A DNA stretch of 63,060 bases from Elusimicrobia bacterium CG1_02_37_114 (GCA_001871125.1 MNXB01000105.1:1-63060), one strand, 5' to 3'. Counted from the first letter of the stretch, positions 34,948 through 47,068 are shown. Program-made: numbers and translations. Notes: a model not told the origin generated them from the sequence alone.

Positions 34948-36150
34948 ATGGCAGCGAAAGAAAAATTTGATAGGACTAAACCACATTTAAACATCGGGAC
35001 AATAGGACATGTTGATCACGGTAAGACCACACTGACAGCAGCAATCACAACCTGTTTATCCAAGGCGAACCTGGCAGAGGCGAAAGGGATATGGGACATA
35101 GACAATGCCCCTGAGGAGAAAGAGCGGGGCGTAACAATCAACATAGCGCATGTGGAATACCAGACAGAGAAGAGGCACTATGCACACATAGACTGTCCGG
35201 GACATGCGGATTATATCAAGAACATGATAACGGGAACAGCCCAGATGGACGGTGCAGTATTAGTGGTATCAGCGTCTGATGGACCAATGCCTCAGACCCG
35301 GGAACATATACTTCTGGCAAGACAGGTGAACGTGCCTTCAATGGTAGTATTTATGAACAAGACAGACATGGTGACGGATAAGGAGTTATTAGATTTGGTG
35401 GAGATGGAAGTCAGGGATTTATTGAAGAAGTATGAATTTCCCGGTGACAAGACGCCAATAGTTAAGGGCAGTGCGCTAAAGGCTCTTGAGTGCGGGTGCG
35501 GTAAGAAAGAGTGCAATAACTGTAAGTGTATATGGGAATTGATGAGTGCAATAGACGAATATTTCCCGATGCCCAAGAGGGAAACAGACAAGCCGTTTTT
35601 GATGTCAGTGGAGGATGTATTTACAATCACAGGTAGAGGGACGGTAGCGACAGGCAGGGTAGATAGAGGGAAAATCAACACAGGTGATGCGGTAGAGATA
35701 GTAGGGATACAGGAGACGAGGAAGAGTGTGGCGACATCACTGGAAATGTTCAGGAAGATATTAGATTCAACGGAAGCAGGGGATAACATAGGGATATTGC
35801 TGAGGGGAATAGAGAAGGACCAGATAGAGCGGGGACAGGTAATAGCAAAGCCCGGCAGTATAACTCCGCATAAGAAGTTCAAGGCACAGGTATATGTGTT
35901 AAAGAAGGAAGAGGGCGGCAGACACACACCGTTTTTCACGGGGTACAGGCCGCAGTTTTATTTAAGGACCTGCGATGTTACGGGGAATATAAAGTTACCC
36001 CAGGGAGTAGAGATGGTGATGCCCGGGGATAATATAGAGATGGAGGCAGAGTTGCTCACGCCGATAGCTTTGGAGAAACAGTTAAGGTTTGCGATAAGAG
36101 AAGGCGGACACACGGTGGGTGCGGGTGTGGTTACGGAGATATTAGAATAA
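34948..36150 (+). CDS. tuf: Elongation factor Tu
   Basis: [17 protein letters not shown]; SD ggaggt before ATG 34948. Confidence 0.99.
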   Translation: MAAKEKFDRTKPHLNIGTIGHVDHGKTTLTAAITTCLSKANLAEAKGIWDIDNAPEEKERGVTINIAHVEYQTEKRHYAHIDCPGHADYIKNMITGTAQMDGAVLVVSASDGPMPQTREHILLARQVNVPSMVVFMNKTDMVTDKELLDLVEMEVRDLLKKYEFPGDKTPIVKGSALKALECGCGKKECNNCKCIWELMSAIDEYFPMPKRETDKPFLMSVEDVFTITGRGTVATGRVDRGKINTGDAVEIVGIQETRKSVATSLEMFRKILDSTEAGDNIGILLRGIEKDQIERGQVIAKPGSITPHKKFKAQVYVLKKEEGGRHTPFFTGYRPQFYLRTCDVTGNIKLPQGVEMVMPGDNIEMEAELLTPIALEKQLRFAIREGGHTVGAGVVTEILE

Positions 36151-36151
36151 T

Positions 36152-36472
36152 ATGGCTACTCAAACAACACAACAAAAAATAAGAATAAGATTACGTGGAT
36201 ACGAGCATAAAATGCTTGATAACTCTATTGCTAAAATAGTTGATACAGTAAAACGTACAGGTGCGGTCATTTCCGGACCCGTGTTGTTGCCGACAAGAAT
36301 CAAAAAGTATACTGTTTTGCGTTCGCCTCATGTTGACAAAAAGTCACGGGAACAGTTTGAAATGCGTATTCATAAAAGGTTGATAGAAATAATTGATCCT
36401 ACACCTAGAACGCTTGAAGAATTGATGAAACTTGAATTGCCTGCAGGTGTTGATGTGGAGATAAAGTTATGA
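36152..36472 (+). CDS. rpsJ: 30S ribosomal protein S10
   Basis: [23 protein letters not shown]. Confidence 0.99.
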   Translation: MATQTTQQKIRIRLRGYEHKMLDNSIAKIVDTVKRTGAVISGPVLLPTRIKKYTVLRSPHVDKKSREQFEMRIHKRLIEIIDPTPRTLEELMKLELPAGVDVEIKL

Positions 36473-37197
36473 TAAAAGGACTTCTGGGCCAAGTAGGCCT
36501 ACTCGGTAAAAAACTTGGTATGACACAAATTTTTGGTACTACGGGAAACGTTATACCTGTGACTTTAATACATGCAGGTCCCTGTCCTATCGTAGAGGTA
36601 AAAACGAAGGAAAACGATGGCTATAATGCTATTCAGTTAGCTTATGGCGAATGCAGAGAGAAGAGTGTTAATAAATCGCTAGCAGGGCATTTCAAAAAAG
36701 CTAATGTCCAACCTTACAAATGGTTGAAGGAATTTAGAGTAGATAAACCGGAAGAATATAAGTGTGGTCAGGAAATAAAAGTTGATATATTTGCCGATGG
36801 TGATTTTGTTGATATTACGGGAGTAACTAAAGGCAAGGGATTTCAGGGTGTTATGAAAAGGCATGGGTTCCACGGCGGTCCCAAAACACACGGTCAATCT
36901 AATAGACAGCGCTCGCCGGGAGCCATTGGCTCACAGGGTCCCCAGCGTGTATTGAAAGGCACACGTATGGGAGGACATATGGGTTGTGAGTGGAAAACCA
37001 TACAGAAACTAACAGTAGTTAAATCTGACCAGGAGAAGAATTTGTTGCTTGTTAAAGGTTCTGTTCCCGGTGTAGTTAATGGGTTAGTTATTATAAATAA
37101 GACGATAAAAGCAGTAAAATCTAAAGTGGAAGTTAAGTTACAGAAAAAAGTGGCTGGTAAGGGTAAAGCACCAGCTGGAATTCCAAAAAAGAAATGA
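36469..37197 (+). CDS. rplC: 50S ribosomal protein L3
   Basis: [25 protein letters not shown]. Confidence 0.98.
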   Translation: MIKGLLGQVGLLGKKLGMTQIFGTTGNVIPVTLIHAGPCPIVEVKTKENDGYNAIQLAYGECREKSVNKSLAGHFKKANVQPYKWLKEFRVDKPEEYKCGQEIKVDIFADGDFVDITGVTKGKGFQGVMKRHGFHGGPKTHGQSNRQRSPGAIGSQGPQRVLKGTRMGGHMGCEWKTIQKLTVVKSDQEKNLLLVKGSVPGVVNGLVIINKTIKAVKSKVEVKLQKKVAGKGKAPAGIPKKK

Positions 37198-37877
37198 TGA
37201 ATGTAACTGTTTATGATATAGACGGAAAGAAATTAGAAGAATTAACTTTACCTGCAGTATTTTCTGACGTAAAGGTTTCTGTGCCATTGTTACATGAAGT
37301 GGTAACTGCATACCTGGCTAATCAGCGTGTGGGTACAGCCTGTGCGAAAACAAGAGCAGAGGTTGCTGGTGGTGGTGCCAAACCGTGGCGGCAGAAAGGC
37401 ACAGGGAGAGCACGTGCCGGTTCAATAAGATCACCTCTGTGGCGTAAAGGAGGGGTGGTATTCGGGCCAAGACCGAAGTCATACCGTCAGAATTTACCTA
37501 AAAGGAAAACTCGTAAGGCACTGCTAATGGCACTCTATAGCAAGATTGTCAATAATGAAATAATTGTAACTAAAGATTTCTCGCTCCCGGAACCCAAAAC
37601 GAAAAAAATTAAACAAATACTTGATAATCTCACAAATGAGATAGTCCTGCGGACAAATAAGAATGGAAATAGTCCCCAGCATCCCGATTCAATTCATCGG
37701 GATGGAAAAATATTACTGGTGGTAAAAAGCATTGAGAAGAATCTAAAGTTAGCAGCAAGAAACCTGAAATATGTCAGTTTGACTCCTGTAAATTCACTTA
37801 ATGCTTATGATGTATTGAATGCGAAGATAATAATTTTTACTCAGGAAGCATTTAACGAACTAAACTTAAAAAAATGA
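37194..37877 (+). CDS. rplD: 50S ribosomal protein L4 with internal insertion
   Basis: KPWRQKGTGRARAGS, LAARNL. Confidence 0.98.
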   Translation: MMNVTVYDIDGKKLEELTLPAVFSDVKVSVPLLHEVVTAYLANQRVGTACAKTRAEVAGGGAKPWRQKGTGRARAGSIRSPLWRKGGVVFGPRPKSYRQNLPKRKTRKALLMALYSKIVNNEIIVTKDFSLPEPKTKKIKQILDNLTNEIVLRTNKNGNSPQHPDSIHRDGKILLVVKSIEKNLKLAARNLKYVSLTPVNSLNAYDVLNAKIIIFTQEAFNELNLKK

Positions 37878-38164
37878 ACCCGTATAGTATAATAAAAAAA
37901 TCTCTTGTCACTGAACAGACGAGACAACTAAAAGAAAAAGAAAATAAATATGTGTTTGTAGTTGACAAAAAAGCGACCAAAAATCAAATAAGGCATGCTA
38001 TAAAACAACTTTTTGATATTGATGTAGAAAAAATTACGACAATGATTGTTCATGGCAAACTGCGCAGACTTGGTAAATACGCCGGGTACCGTCCCGATTG
38101 GAAAAAAGCCATTGTTAAATTGAAAAAGGGACAGGAAATAAAGGTTATTGAAGAAACCAGGTAA
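37874..38164 (+). CDS. rplW: 50S ribosomal protein L23
   Basis: [23 protein letters not shown]. Confidence 0.96.
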   Translation: MNPYSIIKKSLVTEQTRQLKEKENKYVFVVDKKATKNQIRHAIKQLFDIDVEKITTMIVHGKLRRLGKYAGYRPDWKKAIVKLKKGQEIKVIEETR

Positions 38165-38166
38165 TC

Positions 38167-39000
38167 ATGGGAATAAAAACATATAGACCGTATACGCCGA
38201 CACGAAGGTTCATCACTATAGAAGATTTTTCTGACATAACAAAAACCGAGCCTGAAAAAAGTCTTACAGTTAGACTTTTTAAAAAAAGTGGACGCAATAA
38301 CACGGGACGTGTTACGATACCGCATCGCGGAGGCGGTCATAAACGGTTTTACAGGATAATAGATTTTAAGCGGGATAAGATAAATATTAAAGGTAAGGTT
38401 ACCGGAATAGAATATGACCCCAACAGGTCAAGCAGAATCGCTCTTATAGAATATGAAGATGGTGAAAAACGTTATATCATTCAACCCGAAGGACTCAAAT
38501 TAGGGGATGAAATAATATCGGGTCCCAATGCTGAAATAAAATCAGGTAATGCATTACCTTTAGAAAATATCCCTGTCGGGACGACAATACATAATATAGA
38601 ACTTATTCCGGGAGGGGGCGGGAAGTTTACCCGTTCAGCGGGTTCCTGGGCACAACTTATGGCTAAGGAAGGTAATTTATCTACAGTGCGTATGCCTTCG
38701 GGCGAGGCGAGATTCGTTCCAATAAAATGTATGGCAACTATCGGACAGGTTTCTAACTTAGACCATGAAAATGTGAGTTTAGGTTCAGCGGGTAGAAAGA
38801 GACATTTAGGGTTTAAGCCAATTGTCCGTGGAACAGCAATGAATGCTATTGACCATCCCCATGGGGGGGGACGGGGCAAGTCCAAAGGAAATAACCAGCC
38901 CAGGTCCTACAGTAATGTGCCGGCAAAAGGATATAAGACACGGCACAAAAGGAATAAGTGGGATTGGATGATAGTTCAAAGGCGGGGTGGAAATTTATGA
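38167..39000 (+). CDS. rplB: 50S ribosomal protein L2
   Basis: [24 protein letters not shown]. Confidence 0.99.
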   Translation: MGIKTYRPYTPTRRFITIEDFSDITKTEPEKSLTVRLFKKSGRNNTGRVTIPHRGGGHKRFYRIIDFKRDKINIKGKVTGIEYDPNRSSRIALIEYEDGEKRYIIQPEGLKLGDEIISGPNAEIKSGNALPLENIPVGTTIHNIELIPGGGGKFTRSAGSWAQLMAKEGNLSTVRMPSGEARFVPIKCMATIGQVSNLDHENVSLGSAGRKRHLGFKPIVRGTAMNAIDHPHGGGRGKSKGNNQPRSYSNVPAKGYKTRHKRNKWDWMIVQRRGGNL

Positions 39001-39284
39001 GCAGGTCAAGTAAAAAGGGACCTTATATAGACGAAAAATTATATAGAAAAATACAACAACTCAGTCAAACCGGTGAGAAACGTGTCCTTAAAACCTGGGC
39101 GAGGGCATGTACCATAATACCTGAGTTTGTCGGTCATACTATTTCCGTACACAATGGAAAAAAGTTTATACCGGTATACATAACAGAACAGATGGTTGGC
39201 CACAAATTAGGTGAGTTTTCGCCGACAAGATTCTTTAGAGGACATGGTGAGGCACACACAAAGGGAGTAACGGAGTTAACTTAA
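38997..39284 (+). CDS. rpsS: 30S ribosomal protein S19
   Basis: [21 protein letters not shown]. Confidence 0.98.
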   Translation: MSRSSKKGPYIDEKLYRKIQQLSQTGEKRVLKTWARACTIIPEFVGHTISVHNGKKFIPVYITEQMVGHKLGEFSPTRFFRGHGEAHTKGVTELT

Positions 39285-39619
39285 TGGAAGCAAGAGCAGT
39301 ATCACGGTTTGTAAGATATTCTCCGCGCAAGGTAGGTCTGGTGTTGGACCTGGTGCGGAATAAATCTGTCCCGGAGGCATTTCAGATTTTGCGGTTTGTC
39401 CCGAAATTAGTGACAGGATTTATTGGAAAAACATTGAAAAGTGCTGCTGCTAATGCGGGCAGGATGAAGAAACCCGGAGAATTATTTATTAAAACGTGTT
39501 ATGTCAATCAAGGTCCAAGTATAAAACGATGGCGTGCTCGTGCGTATGGACGAGCCGCACCTTATAGACACAGAACATGCCATTTGACAATAGTCGTCAG
39601 CGATCAAAGGGGAGTGTGA
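39284..39619 (+). CDS. rplV: 50S ribosomal protein L22
   Basis: SPRKVGLV, LKSAAANA, RARAYGRA. Confidence 0.97.
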   Translation: MEARAVSRFVRYSPRKVGLVLDLVRNKSVPEAFQILRFVPKLVTGFIGKTLKSAAANAGRMKKPGELFIKTCYVNQGPSIKRWRARAYGRAAPYRHRTCHLTIVVSDQRGV

Positions 39620-39622
39620 CCG

Positions 39623-40393
39623 ATGGGTCAGAAAGTTCCACCAAAGGCAAATAGATTGGGTTATATAGAAGATTGGACCTCAAGATGGTTCAACCTGAGA
39701 GAAATGCCCGAACTTATTGAAGAAGACCTTCATATAAGGCGATACGTGAAACAAAAACTGCGTTTTGCAGGAATGTCAAAATTAGTTATAGAACGTGCCG
39801 GGAAATACCTGAGATTGGCTATATATACTGCTCGTCCCGGGATAGTGATTGGCAGAGGCGGTCAGGAGATTGAGAACCTGCGTCAAGAGATAGAATCTAT
39901 GGTGGGTAAAAAGACTTTTGTAAATGTTATGGAAATAAAGGAACCCACGCTTGATGCTCAGCTTGTTGCTGATGCATTAGCAATGCAGATTGAGAAAAAT
40001 GTAAATTATCGCAGGGCTATTAAACGCGCCATAGGAAGTTCAATGAACAGCGGGGCCCTGGGTATAAAAATTATGGTTTCAGGCAGACTTGGAGGCGTTG
40101 ATATTGCCCGCACAGAATGGCTTAAAGAAGGAAGGATACCGCTTCATACATTTCGTGCGGATATAGATTACGGTTTTTCTGAAGCGATGATAAAAAAAGG
40201 TAAGATTGGTATTAAGGTGTGGCTGTTTAAAAAAGAATTTTTCCGTAAAACAGATAAAGACCTGATTGAAGAAGCACGACTTGTGGATAAAGAGACAATA
40301 GAATCCCTGCCTGAACCCGAGAGTGGACGGGTGAAAGAGATTATACCTGAAATTAAAACAGAGGAAACAGACGTAGTTGAAGAGAAAAAATAA
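39623..40393 (+). CDS. rpsC: 30S ribosomal protein S3
   Basis: [30 protein letters not shown]. Confidence 0.98.
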   Translation: MGQKVPPKANRLGYIEDWTSRWFNLREMPELIEEDLHIRRYVKQKLRFAGMSKLVIERAGKYLRLAIYTARPGIVIGRGGQEIENLRQEIESMVGKKTFVNVMEIKEPTLDAQLVADALAMQIEKNVNYRRAIKRAIGSSMNSGALGIKIMVSGRLGGVDIARTEWLKEGRIPLHTFRADIDYGFSEAMIKKGKIGIKVWLFKKEFFRKTDKDLIEEARLVDKETIESLPEPESGRVKEIIPEIKTEETDVVEEKK

Positions 40394-40806
40394 TGTTAAT
40401 GCCAAAACGGGTCAAATATCGTAAATCGCAAAGAGGCAAAATCAAGGGTTTCTCAACCAAGGGTTCAAAAATAGTTTTTGGTGAATATGGTTTGAAAGCA
40501 CTTGAACCTGCCTGGATTACTGCACGGCAGATTGAAGCAGCACGACTTACTCTGGCGAGAAGTCTAAAACATGGTGGTAAAATATGGATAAGGATATTTC
40601 CCGATAAATCCGTAACCAAAAAACCTGCGGAAACACGCATGGGTAAAGGTAAAGGTGACCCTGACCATTGGGTAAGCGTTGTAAGACCGGGTCGTGTGCT
40701 GATTGAACTTGAGGGCATTAACGTCGAAGAAGCCAAAAAATCATTGAAATTAGCTGCCGATAAAATGCCTATAAAAACTAAAATTATCTCAAGGATGCAT
40801 GCATGA
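40393..40806 (+). CDS. rplP: 50S ribosomal protein L16
   Basis: [20 protein letters not shown]. Confidence 0.99.
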   Translation: MLMPKRVKYRKSQRGKIKGFSTKGSKIVFGEYGLKALEPAWITARQIEAARLTLARSLKHGGKIWIRIFPDKSVTKKPAETRMGKGKGDPDHWVSVVRPGRVLIELEGINVEEAKKSLKLAADKMPIKTKIISRMHA

Positions 40807-40997
40807 AGACAAAAAACTGGCAGGAGATGAAAAACTTCACCGAACAGGAGTTGGCAATGCAGTTAGAAACAAAAGAGGAAAAACTGTTTAAGATTAAGTT
40901 GCAGCATGAACATGCAACACTTAAAAACCCGCTGGAAATCAGAAGTTTAAGACGTGATATCGCACGTATAAAAACTCTTTTGAATAAAAAAATATGA
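40803..40997 (+). CDS. rpmC: 50S ribosomal protein L29
   Basis: [19 protein letters not shown]. Confidence 0.96.
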   Translation: MKTKNWQEMKNFTEQELAMQLETKEEKLFKIKLQHEHATLKNPLEIRSLRRDIARIKTLLNKKI

Positions 40998-41230
40998 AAA
41001 AGAAAACTCGTATAGGAACCGTTGTTTCAGATAAGATGAATAAGACACGTGTTGTGCTGGTTGAACGCACGGTCCGTCATCCTCTTTATAAGAAAGTCAT
41101 TCATAAGACTAAGAAGTATTATGTCCACGACGAAGAAAACATTTCCCATACCGGTGATAAAGTTAAAATAATAGAGACAAGACCGCTGTCTAAACTTAAA
41201 CGATGGAGAATAGAAGGGGACGCTACTTGA
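40994..41230 (+). CDS. rpsQ: 30S ribosomal protein S17 (C-terminus replaced by element D)
   Basis: [26 protein letters not shown]. Confidence 0.97.
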   Translation: MKKKTRIGTVVSDKMNKTRVVLVERTVRHPLYKKVIHKTKKYYVHDEENISHTGDKVKIIETRPLSKLKRWRIEGDAT

Positions 41231-41340
41231 ATTTTGCTACTTTTTCACAAATGAAATTTTGTTTTGTATACACGAACTATGAATATTTATTAATGAATTT
41301 TTACTAGTATAGAAAGTAGCAAAATTCAAGTAGCGTCCCC
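41216..41340. mobile_element. MITE-like element D, copy 2
   Basis: Same TIRs as 31673-31782 (one internal mismatch in the right TIR) with a different interior. Confidence 0.85.
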
Positions 41341-41348
41341 CAAATAAA

Positions 41349-41717
41349 ATGATACAGGAAAGAACAATATTAACCGTTGCAGATAATACAGGCGCCAAAA
41401 AGCTTATGTGCATACGTGTCTCGGGTAGTACCGGTAAAAGGTATGCGCATCTCGGAGATGTCATAGTAGGTACGGTAAAAGAATCATTACCGACAGCAGC
41501 TGTTAAAAAAAGTGAAGTAGTAAAGGCAGTTATTATAAGGACGGCCAAAGAACATCGGCGCAAAGATGGCTCTTATATAAGATTTGATGGAAATGCATGC
41601 GTAATAATAGACAATGATGGTAATCCCCGCGGTACCAGAATATTTGGTCCTGTCGCAAGAGAATTGCGAGAGAGAGATTTTGTTAAGATTGTTTCTTTAG
41701 CTCCCGAGGTTATATAG
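41349..41717 (+). CDS. rplN: 50S ribosomal protein L14
   Basis: [21 protein letters not shown]. Confidence 0.99.
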   Translation: MIQERTILTVADNTGAKKLMCIRVSGSTGKRYAHLGDVIVGTVKESLPTAAVKKSEVVKAVIIRTAKEHRRKDGSYIRFDGNACVIIDNDGNPRGTRIFGPVARELRERDFVKIVSLAPEVI

Positions 41718-42029
41718 ATGTTACCAATAAGGAAAAAAGATAAGGTAGTGGTTATTACGGGTAAAGATAGAGGAAAACGGGGTGAAGTGGTGAAAGTAGA
41801 GCCCACCGGTATGCGTGTTTTTGTATCAAAAATAAATATTATAAAAAAACATTCAAAACCTACGCAAACTGACCCGGGCGGCATAAAAGAAATAGAGGCA
41901 GCAATTCATATATCCAATGTGATGCTTGTTTGTCCTAAATGTGAGCAGCCGACACGTCCTAGGTTTGATTCTCTTGCAGATGGCAAAAAGGTCAGAGCGT
42001 GCCGCAAATGCGGCGAAATGATAGTATAA
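41718..42029 (+). CDS. rplX: 50S ribosomal protein L24
   Basis: [21 protein letters not shown]. Confidence 0.98.
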   Translation: MLPIRKKDKVVVITGKDRGKRGEVVKVEPTGMRVFVSKINIIKKHSKPTQTDPGGIKEIEAAIHISNVMLVCPKCEQPTRPRFDSLADGKKVRACRKCGEMIV

Positions 42030-42583
42030 TGGAATACATACCAAGACTTAAAGAACTTTATAAGAAGAAAATTATAAATGAAATGACGAATAGATTTAAC
42101 TATAAGAATCATCTCCAGGTACCAAAACTTGAAAAAATTGTCGTGAACATTGGCTTGAAGGAAGCAAAGGATGATATTAAAGTAATTGATGTTGCAACCG
42201 CTGAACTTGCTTCCATGACCGGACAAAAACCACAGATAAGACGGGCAAAAAAGTCCATATCAAATTTCAAACTTCGTCAAGGTGTGCCTATAGGATTAAA
42301 AGTTACTCTGCGGGATTCAAGAATGTATGAATTTTTTGATAGATTTGTAAGTTGTGCTATTCCGCGTATTCGGGATTTCAGGGGACTCAATACAAAAGGA
42401 TTTGATGGTAATGGAAATTATAACCTGGGACTCCAGGAACAATATATATTTCCTGAAATTGATCTGGATAAATCAGATAGACCGCGTGGTATGAATATTA
42501 GTTTCGTCACTTCCGCAAAAACAGATGAGGAAGCAAAGGGACTGTTAACGTTACTCGGTATGCCCTTTAAGAAGGAAAAGTAA
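42029..42583 (+). CDS. rplE: 50S ribosomal protein L5
   Basis: [22 protein letters not shown]; start placed at MEYIPRLK. Confidence 0.98.
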   Translation: MEYIPRLKELYKKKIINEMTNRFNYKNHLQVPKLEKIVVNIGLKEAKDDIKVIDVATAELASMTGQKPQIRRAKKSISNFKLRQGVPIGLKVTLRDSRMYEFFDRFVSCAIPRIRDFRGLNTKGFDGNGNYNLGLQEQYIFPEIDLDKSDRPRGMNISFVTSAKTDEEAKGLLTLLGMPFKKEK

Positions 42584-42598
42584 AGGAACTAAAATATT

Positions 42599-42784
42599 AT
42601 GGCGACAATTTCTTCAATGGTGAAAATGCAGAAAATACAGAAATTCAAAGTCCGCTACAGAAATATCTGCAGAATATGCGGCAGACCACGCGGGTTCATA
42701 AGGGATTTTGGTCTCTGTAGAATATGTTTTCGGAAAATGGCTCATAGAGGAGAGATACCAGGAATAACCAAGTCCAGCTGGTAA
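42599..42784 (+). CDS. rpsN: 30S ribosomal protein S14, zinc-binding type
   Basis: [21 protein letters not shown]. Confidence 0.97.
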   Translation: MATISSMVKMQKIQKFKVRYRNICRICGRPRGFIRDFGLCRICFRKMAHRGEIPGITKSSW

Positions 42785-42798
42785 ATTAGGAGTAAGGT

Positions 42799-43194
42799 AT
42801 GTCAACTGATACTGTTGCTGATATGATTGCACAATTGCAAAATGCTAATATGAGGTATATTGAAAAAATTGATGTGCCCGCATCAAAGATTAAACAGGAA
42901 ATTGCCAGGATACTCAAAGAAGAGGGCTATATTGTATCATACAAGAGAATTGAACACTATAAACAGGATATATTGAGAATATTTCTTAAATACGGACCAA
43001 AAAAAGAGAGAGTAATAACCGGAATGAAACGTGTTTCAAAGCCAGGATTGAGAATATATAACCACTGGAATGAATTGCCAAGAGTACGGGGTGGATTAGG
43101 TATATCTATAGTTTCTACTCCAAAAGGTTTAATGACAGAAAAATCCGCACGGAAACAGCATTTAGGCGGTGAGGTAATCTGTACTGTCTGGTAA
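42799..43194 (+). CDS. rpsH: 30S ribosomal protein S8
   Basis: [22 protein letters not shown]. Confidence 0.98.
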   Translation: MSTDTVADMIAQLQNANMRYIEKIDVPASKIKQEIARILKEEGYIVSYKRIEHYKQDILRIFLKYGPKKERVITGMKRVSKPGLRIYNHWNELPRVRGGLGISIVSTPKGLMTEKSARKQHLGGEVICTVW

Positions 43195-43198
43195 TGTT

Positions 43199-43768
43199 AT
43201 GAGCAGGTTAGCAAAAAGACCAATAATTATATTAGAAAAGGTTAAGGTTGAATTAAAAGACCACGATATTGAAGTGACAGGTCCACTCGGTAAACTTTCT
43301 GTCAATAGAATTCCAGAAATAGACGTCAGTATAACAGGTGGTAAAATTATGGTTAATAGAAAGACTGATGACCGAAAAGGACGGATGCTTCAAGGGCTGG
43401 CCTGGTCTTTAATAAGAAATATGGTTGTCGGTGTTACCCGGGGATTTAAGAAAGAGCTTGAAATACGCGGAGTGGGATACCAGTCAGAGGTGGCTGGGAA
43501 TAAATTAGTCTTAAAACTTGGTTTCAGTCATCCTGTAGAGTATAAAATACCGGAAGGGATAAAGATTGATATAGGACCAAAGGGTGTATTAATCACTGTC
43601 GGCGGTATTGACAAACAGCTTGTCGGTGAGACAGCAGCGCAGATTCATCGTATAAAACCCCCGGAATCTTATAAAGGCACGGGTATAAGATATGTGGGTG
43701 AATATGTAATTAAGAAAGCAGGTAAGTCAGCTGTTTCTGTCACAGCAGGAGCGGGCGGTAAGAAATGA
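43199..43768 (+). CDS. rplF: 50S ribosomal protein L6
   Basis: [19 protein letters not shown]. Confidence 0.98.
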   Translation: MSRLAKRPIIILEKVKVELKDHDIEVTGPLGKLSVNRIPEIDVSITGGKIMVNRKTDDRKGRMLQGLAWSLIRNMVVGVTRGFKKELEIRGVGYQSEVAGNKLVLKLGFSHPVEYKIPEGIKIDIGPKGVLITVGGIDKQLVGETAAQIHRIKPPESYKGTGIRYVGEYVIKKAGKSAVSVTAGAGGKK

Positions 43769-44082
43769 TAAAGAAAATATTCGGGACAGGTGATAGACCG
43801 AGGCTTAACGTATATCGCAGTTTAAAGAATATATATGCCCAGATAATAGATGATGAAAAAAGGCATGTTCTGGTTTCGGCCTCATCCCTGTCAGGTGAAT
43901 TAAAAGATAAAATACAAAAAAAACCCAAGACAGAATGCGCAAAAGATGTAGGCATACTTTTAGCAAAGAAAGCACTCCAAAAAGACATAAAAAAAGTTGT
44001 CTTTGACCGTGGCGGCAGAAAGTATCACGGTCGCCTAAAAGCTCTTGCTGAAGGAGCCAGGAGCGTCGGTTTAGTATTTTAA
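43765..44082 (+). CDS. rplR: 50S ribosomal protein L18 (short N-terminus)
   Basis: [21 protein letters not shown]. Confidence 0.97.
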   Translation: MIKKIFGTGDRPRLNVYRSLKNIYAQIIDDEKRHVLVSASSLSGELKDKIQKKPKTECAKDVGILLAKKALQKDIKKVVFDRGGRKYHGRLKALAEGARSVGLVF

Positions 44083-44121
44083 AATAAAGGATATCTTTTT
44101 ATCCGCAGGATTATCTAATTT

Positions 44122-44613
44122 ATGGCAATTAATGAAGTCCCTCTTTCCGGAAGTTCAATTGTAAAAGAAACAGTTATATCAATAAACCGTGTTTCAAAAA
44201 CTGTTAAAGGTGGCAAAAGACTCTCGTTCAACGCTTGTGTCGTTGTAGGTGACAGTAATGGCAATGTGGGAGTTGCCGTTGGTAAAGCAAAAGAAGTTCA
44301 GCAGGCAATAGTAAAGGCAGGTAATAAAGCAAAAAAAGTACTGATAAAAGTGCCTATAGTAAAAAATACGATACCTCATGAAATTATTGGTGTTTGTGGC
44401 GCTGCAAAAGTTTTTCTGAAACCTGCATTACCCGGGACGGGTGTCATTGCGGGTGGTAGTGTCCGGGCTGTTGTTGAATCAGTAGGTATTAAGGATATAC
44501 TCACAAAATGTTTAGGGTCAAGGAACCCGATAAATGTAGCATATGCGACTATAGACGGATTGAAAAGATTGTATACAGAGGAAGAAATACTAAGTTTAAG
44601 AGGTAAAATATAA
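44122..44613 (+). CDS. rpsE: 30S ribosomal protein S5
   Basis: [18 protein letters not shown]. Confidence 0.98.
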   Translation: MAINEVPLSGSSIVKETVISINRVSKTVKGGKRLSFNACVVVGDSNGNVGVAVGKAKEVQQAIVKAGNKAKKVLIKVPIVKNTIPHEIIGVCGAAKVFLKPALPGTGVIAGGSVRAVVESVGIKDILTKCLGSRNPINVAYATIDGLKRLYTEEEILSLRGKI

Positions 44614-44618
44614 ATAAT

Positions 44619-45068
44619 ATGAAATTATATGATTTGAAACCACAGCCGGGTGCAAAACACAAAAAGAAAATACTGGGACACGGTGAAGGCAGCGGACATA
44701 GCGGGTCCTCAACGCGTGGAATGAAAGGGCAGAAATCTCGTTCAGGCGGTGCCAAGCCTAAATGGTTTGAAGGCGGTCAGATGCCGTTATTGAGAAGAAT
44801 ACCCAAACGCGGATTTTCAAATACAAGGTTTGAGAAAAAATATTCTATTATTAATTTAGAGACTTTAGAAAAAAAATTCGATTCAAATAGTATTGTGGAC
44901 CCTGCTGTTCTTATTGAAAAGAAAATGATAAGAAAAGACTTTCCGGTTAAAATACTTGGCGACGGTGAGCTGACAAAATCATTAATTATAAAAGCACACA
45001 AATTTTCTAAAAGTGCTGTTGATAAGATTAATTCCCGTGGCGGTAAGGCAGAAATAATTCAATGTTAA
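44619..45068 (+). CDS. rplO: 50S ribosomal protein L15
   Basis: [27 protein letters not shown]. Confidence 0.98.
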   Translation: MKLYDLKPQPGAKHKKKILGHGEGSGHSGSSTRGMKGQKSRSGGAKPKWFEGGQMPLLRRIPKRGFSNTRFEKKYSIINLETLEKKFDSNSIVDPAVLIEKKMIRKDFPVKILGDGELTKSLIIKAHKFSKSAVDKINSRGGKAEIIQC

Positions 45069-46390
45069 AAGCGTTTGTTGATATTTTTAAAGTCCCGGAA
45101 CTCAAAAGACGTATTTTGGTTACGATAGGCATTCTTGCAGCATTTCGTTTAGGAGCAGCGGTCCCTATACCCAATATTGACCCGGAAGGGTTAAGGGCAC
45201 TCTTTGAAGCACACAAAGGTTCATTGCTGGGATTTTTAGACATGTTTTCAGGAGGTGCGCTGAGCAGATTATCCATATTCTCGCTTGGCATAATGCCGTA
45301 TATAAATGCATCAATCATAATGTCACTCTTACAGGGTGCACACGTATTACCATATTTAGACCATCTGGCAAAAGAAGGTGAACACGGCAGGAAGAAAATC
45401 AATCAAATTACCCGTTATGCCACAGTTGGACTTTCAATGATACAGTCTTTTGGTTTGACTATGATGATAATTAAGATGCCGACACCCGGTGGTGTCCCTA
45501 TCGTGCCTGACCCTTCGGTAGGGTTTATTATTATAACTGTGTTAACTGTAGTTACGGGCACTTTGCTTGTAATGTGGCTTGGTGAACAAATAACTGAATT
45601 CGGTATAGGCAACGGGATATCTCTTATAATATTTGCCGGCATTGTGGACCAGCTGCCCGGGGCAACAAAGAACATGTTCAGGTTACTGCGTCTTGAGGAA
45701 ATAACAATTTTAGCAAGTATGTTTTTAGTTATATTAGTAATATGTGTAACTGCTTTTGTCGTCTGGGTTGAAACAGCACAGAGAAAAATTCCTGTCCAGT
45801 ATGCAAAACGCATTGTCGGTCGTAAGATGTATGGCGGAGCATCTACATTTCTGCCAATAAAAGTTGACCAGGCAGGTGTTATTGCTGTAATATTTGCTGT
45901 GGCCGTCCTGTCTGCACCGCTGACATTACTCCAGTTTTTCCCGGCTGCAACCTGGGCACAAAAACTTACGCAGTTCTGGACACGAGGTTCAGTGATTTAT
46001 GAAATAATTTTTGCCGGGTTAATTGTTTTTTTCTGTTATTTTTATAATTCCATAATTATTAATCCGAATGACCTGGCAGATAATATGAAAAAATGGGGCG
46101 GTTTTATTTCCGGCATAAGACCGGGTGAAACAACAGCAAAGTATATTCAGCGAATAATTGAACGAATAACGCTTGGCGGGGCACTGTTTGTAACATGTAT
46201 CGCAATACTGCCGGATCTTTTGCGTGGTTGGTTCAACGCACCTTTTTTCTTTGGTGGGACAGCGATTCTTATAGTTGTCGGTGTTTCGCTTGACACTATT
46301 GGTCAGATAGAATCACAGATGATAATGCGTCATTATGAAGGGTTTATGAAGCAAGGGCGTATAAAAGGCCGCTGGTTTAACATAAAATGA
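45062..46390 (+). CDS. secY: Preprotein translocase SecY
   Basis: [44 protein letters not shown]. Confidence 0.99.
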   Translation: MLKAFVDIFKVPELKRRILVTIGILAAFRLGAAVPIPNIDPEGLRALFEAHKGSLLGFLDMFSGGALSRLSIFSLGIMPYINASIIMSLLQGAHVLPYLDHLAKEGEHGRKKINQITRYATVGLSMIQSFGLTMMIIKMPTPGGVPIVPDPSVGFIIITVLTVVTGTLLVMWLGEQITEFGIGNGISLIIFAGIVDQLPGATKNMFRLLRLEEITILASMFLVILVICVTAFVVWVETAQRKIPVQYAKRIVGRKMYGGASTFLPIKVDQAGVIAVIFAVAVLSAPLTLLQFFPAATWAQKLTQFWTRGSVIYEIIFAGLIVFFCYFYNSIIINPNDLADNMKKWGGFISGIRPGETTAKYIQRIIERITLGGALFVTCIAILPDLLRGWFNAPFFFGGTAILIVVGVSLDTIGQIESQMIMRHYEGFMKQGRIKGRWFNIK

Positions 46391-47061
46391 ATCTGGTATT
46401 ATTAGGTCCACCTGGTTGTGGCAAGGGGACACAGGCAAAAATGCTCTTTGAAAAGTATGACTTAATGCATATATCCACCGGTGAGACGTTTCGTGAGTTA
46501 CTGAAAACCGATAAATTAGATAATCCTGCGGATGACCCGGGCGCAAAAGAGGTAAAGAAATATATTGATAAGGGATTGTTTGTTCCTGACGATATTGTTA
46601 TGAAAGTTGTAAGCAATCGGCTTGACCGGGAAGACTGTATAAAAAATGGTTTTTTACTTGATGGGTTTCCCAGAAATTTGTTTCAGGCGAAATTTCTGGA
46701 TAAGCACCTGGCTCAAAAGGACAGGAAGATATATAACGTGGTGTCCCTTGAATTATCAGATGAAACAATTATCGCTAGATTGTCATCCAGATTAATATGT
46801 CCATCATGCGGTGCAAACTATAATTTAATAAGTCAGCATCCAAAAGCTGATAAGAAATGCGACTCTTGTGGTAAGAAACTTGTTCAACGTAAAGACGATA
46901 CGGTTGAAGTTGTCAAACGGAGATTAGATATATATAAAAACGAAACTTTTCCTTTGATAAAATATTATACAACGAAACATTTACTGGTGAAAATAAATGC
47001 TGAAAATAATGTAGAAGAAGTGTTTAAGGACATTTGCAATGCAATTAATAACAAAATCTAA
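46387..47061 (+). CDS. adk: Adenylate kinase
   Basis: GPPGCGKGTQ, LDGFPR, CPSC..CDSC zinc lid. Confidence 0.97.
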   Translation: MNLVLLGPPGCGKGTQAKMLFEKYDLMHISTGETFRELLKTDKLDNPADDPGAKEVKKYIDKGLFVPDDIVMKVVSNRLDREDCIKNGFLLDGFPRNLFQAKFLDKHLAQKDRKIYNVVSLELSDETIIARLSSRLICPSCGANYNLISQHPKADKKCDSCGKKLVQRKDDTVEVVKRRLDIYKNETFPLIKYYTTKHLLVKINAENNVEEVFKDICNAINNKI

Positions 47062-47068
47062 CAACATT

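Noticed and set aside
46490-46550. Short insertion in Adk (DKLDNPADDPG)
   Set aside because: No clear palindrome or repeat match in the DNA; within normal loop variation.
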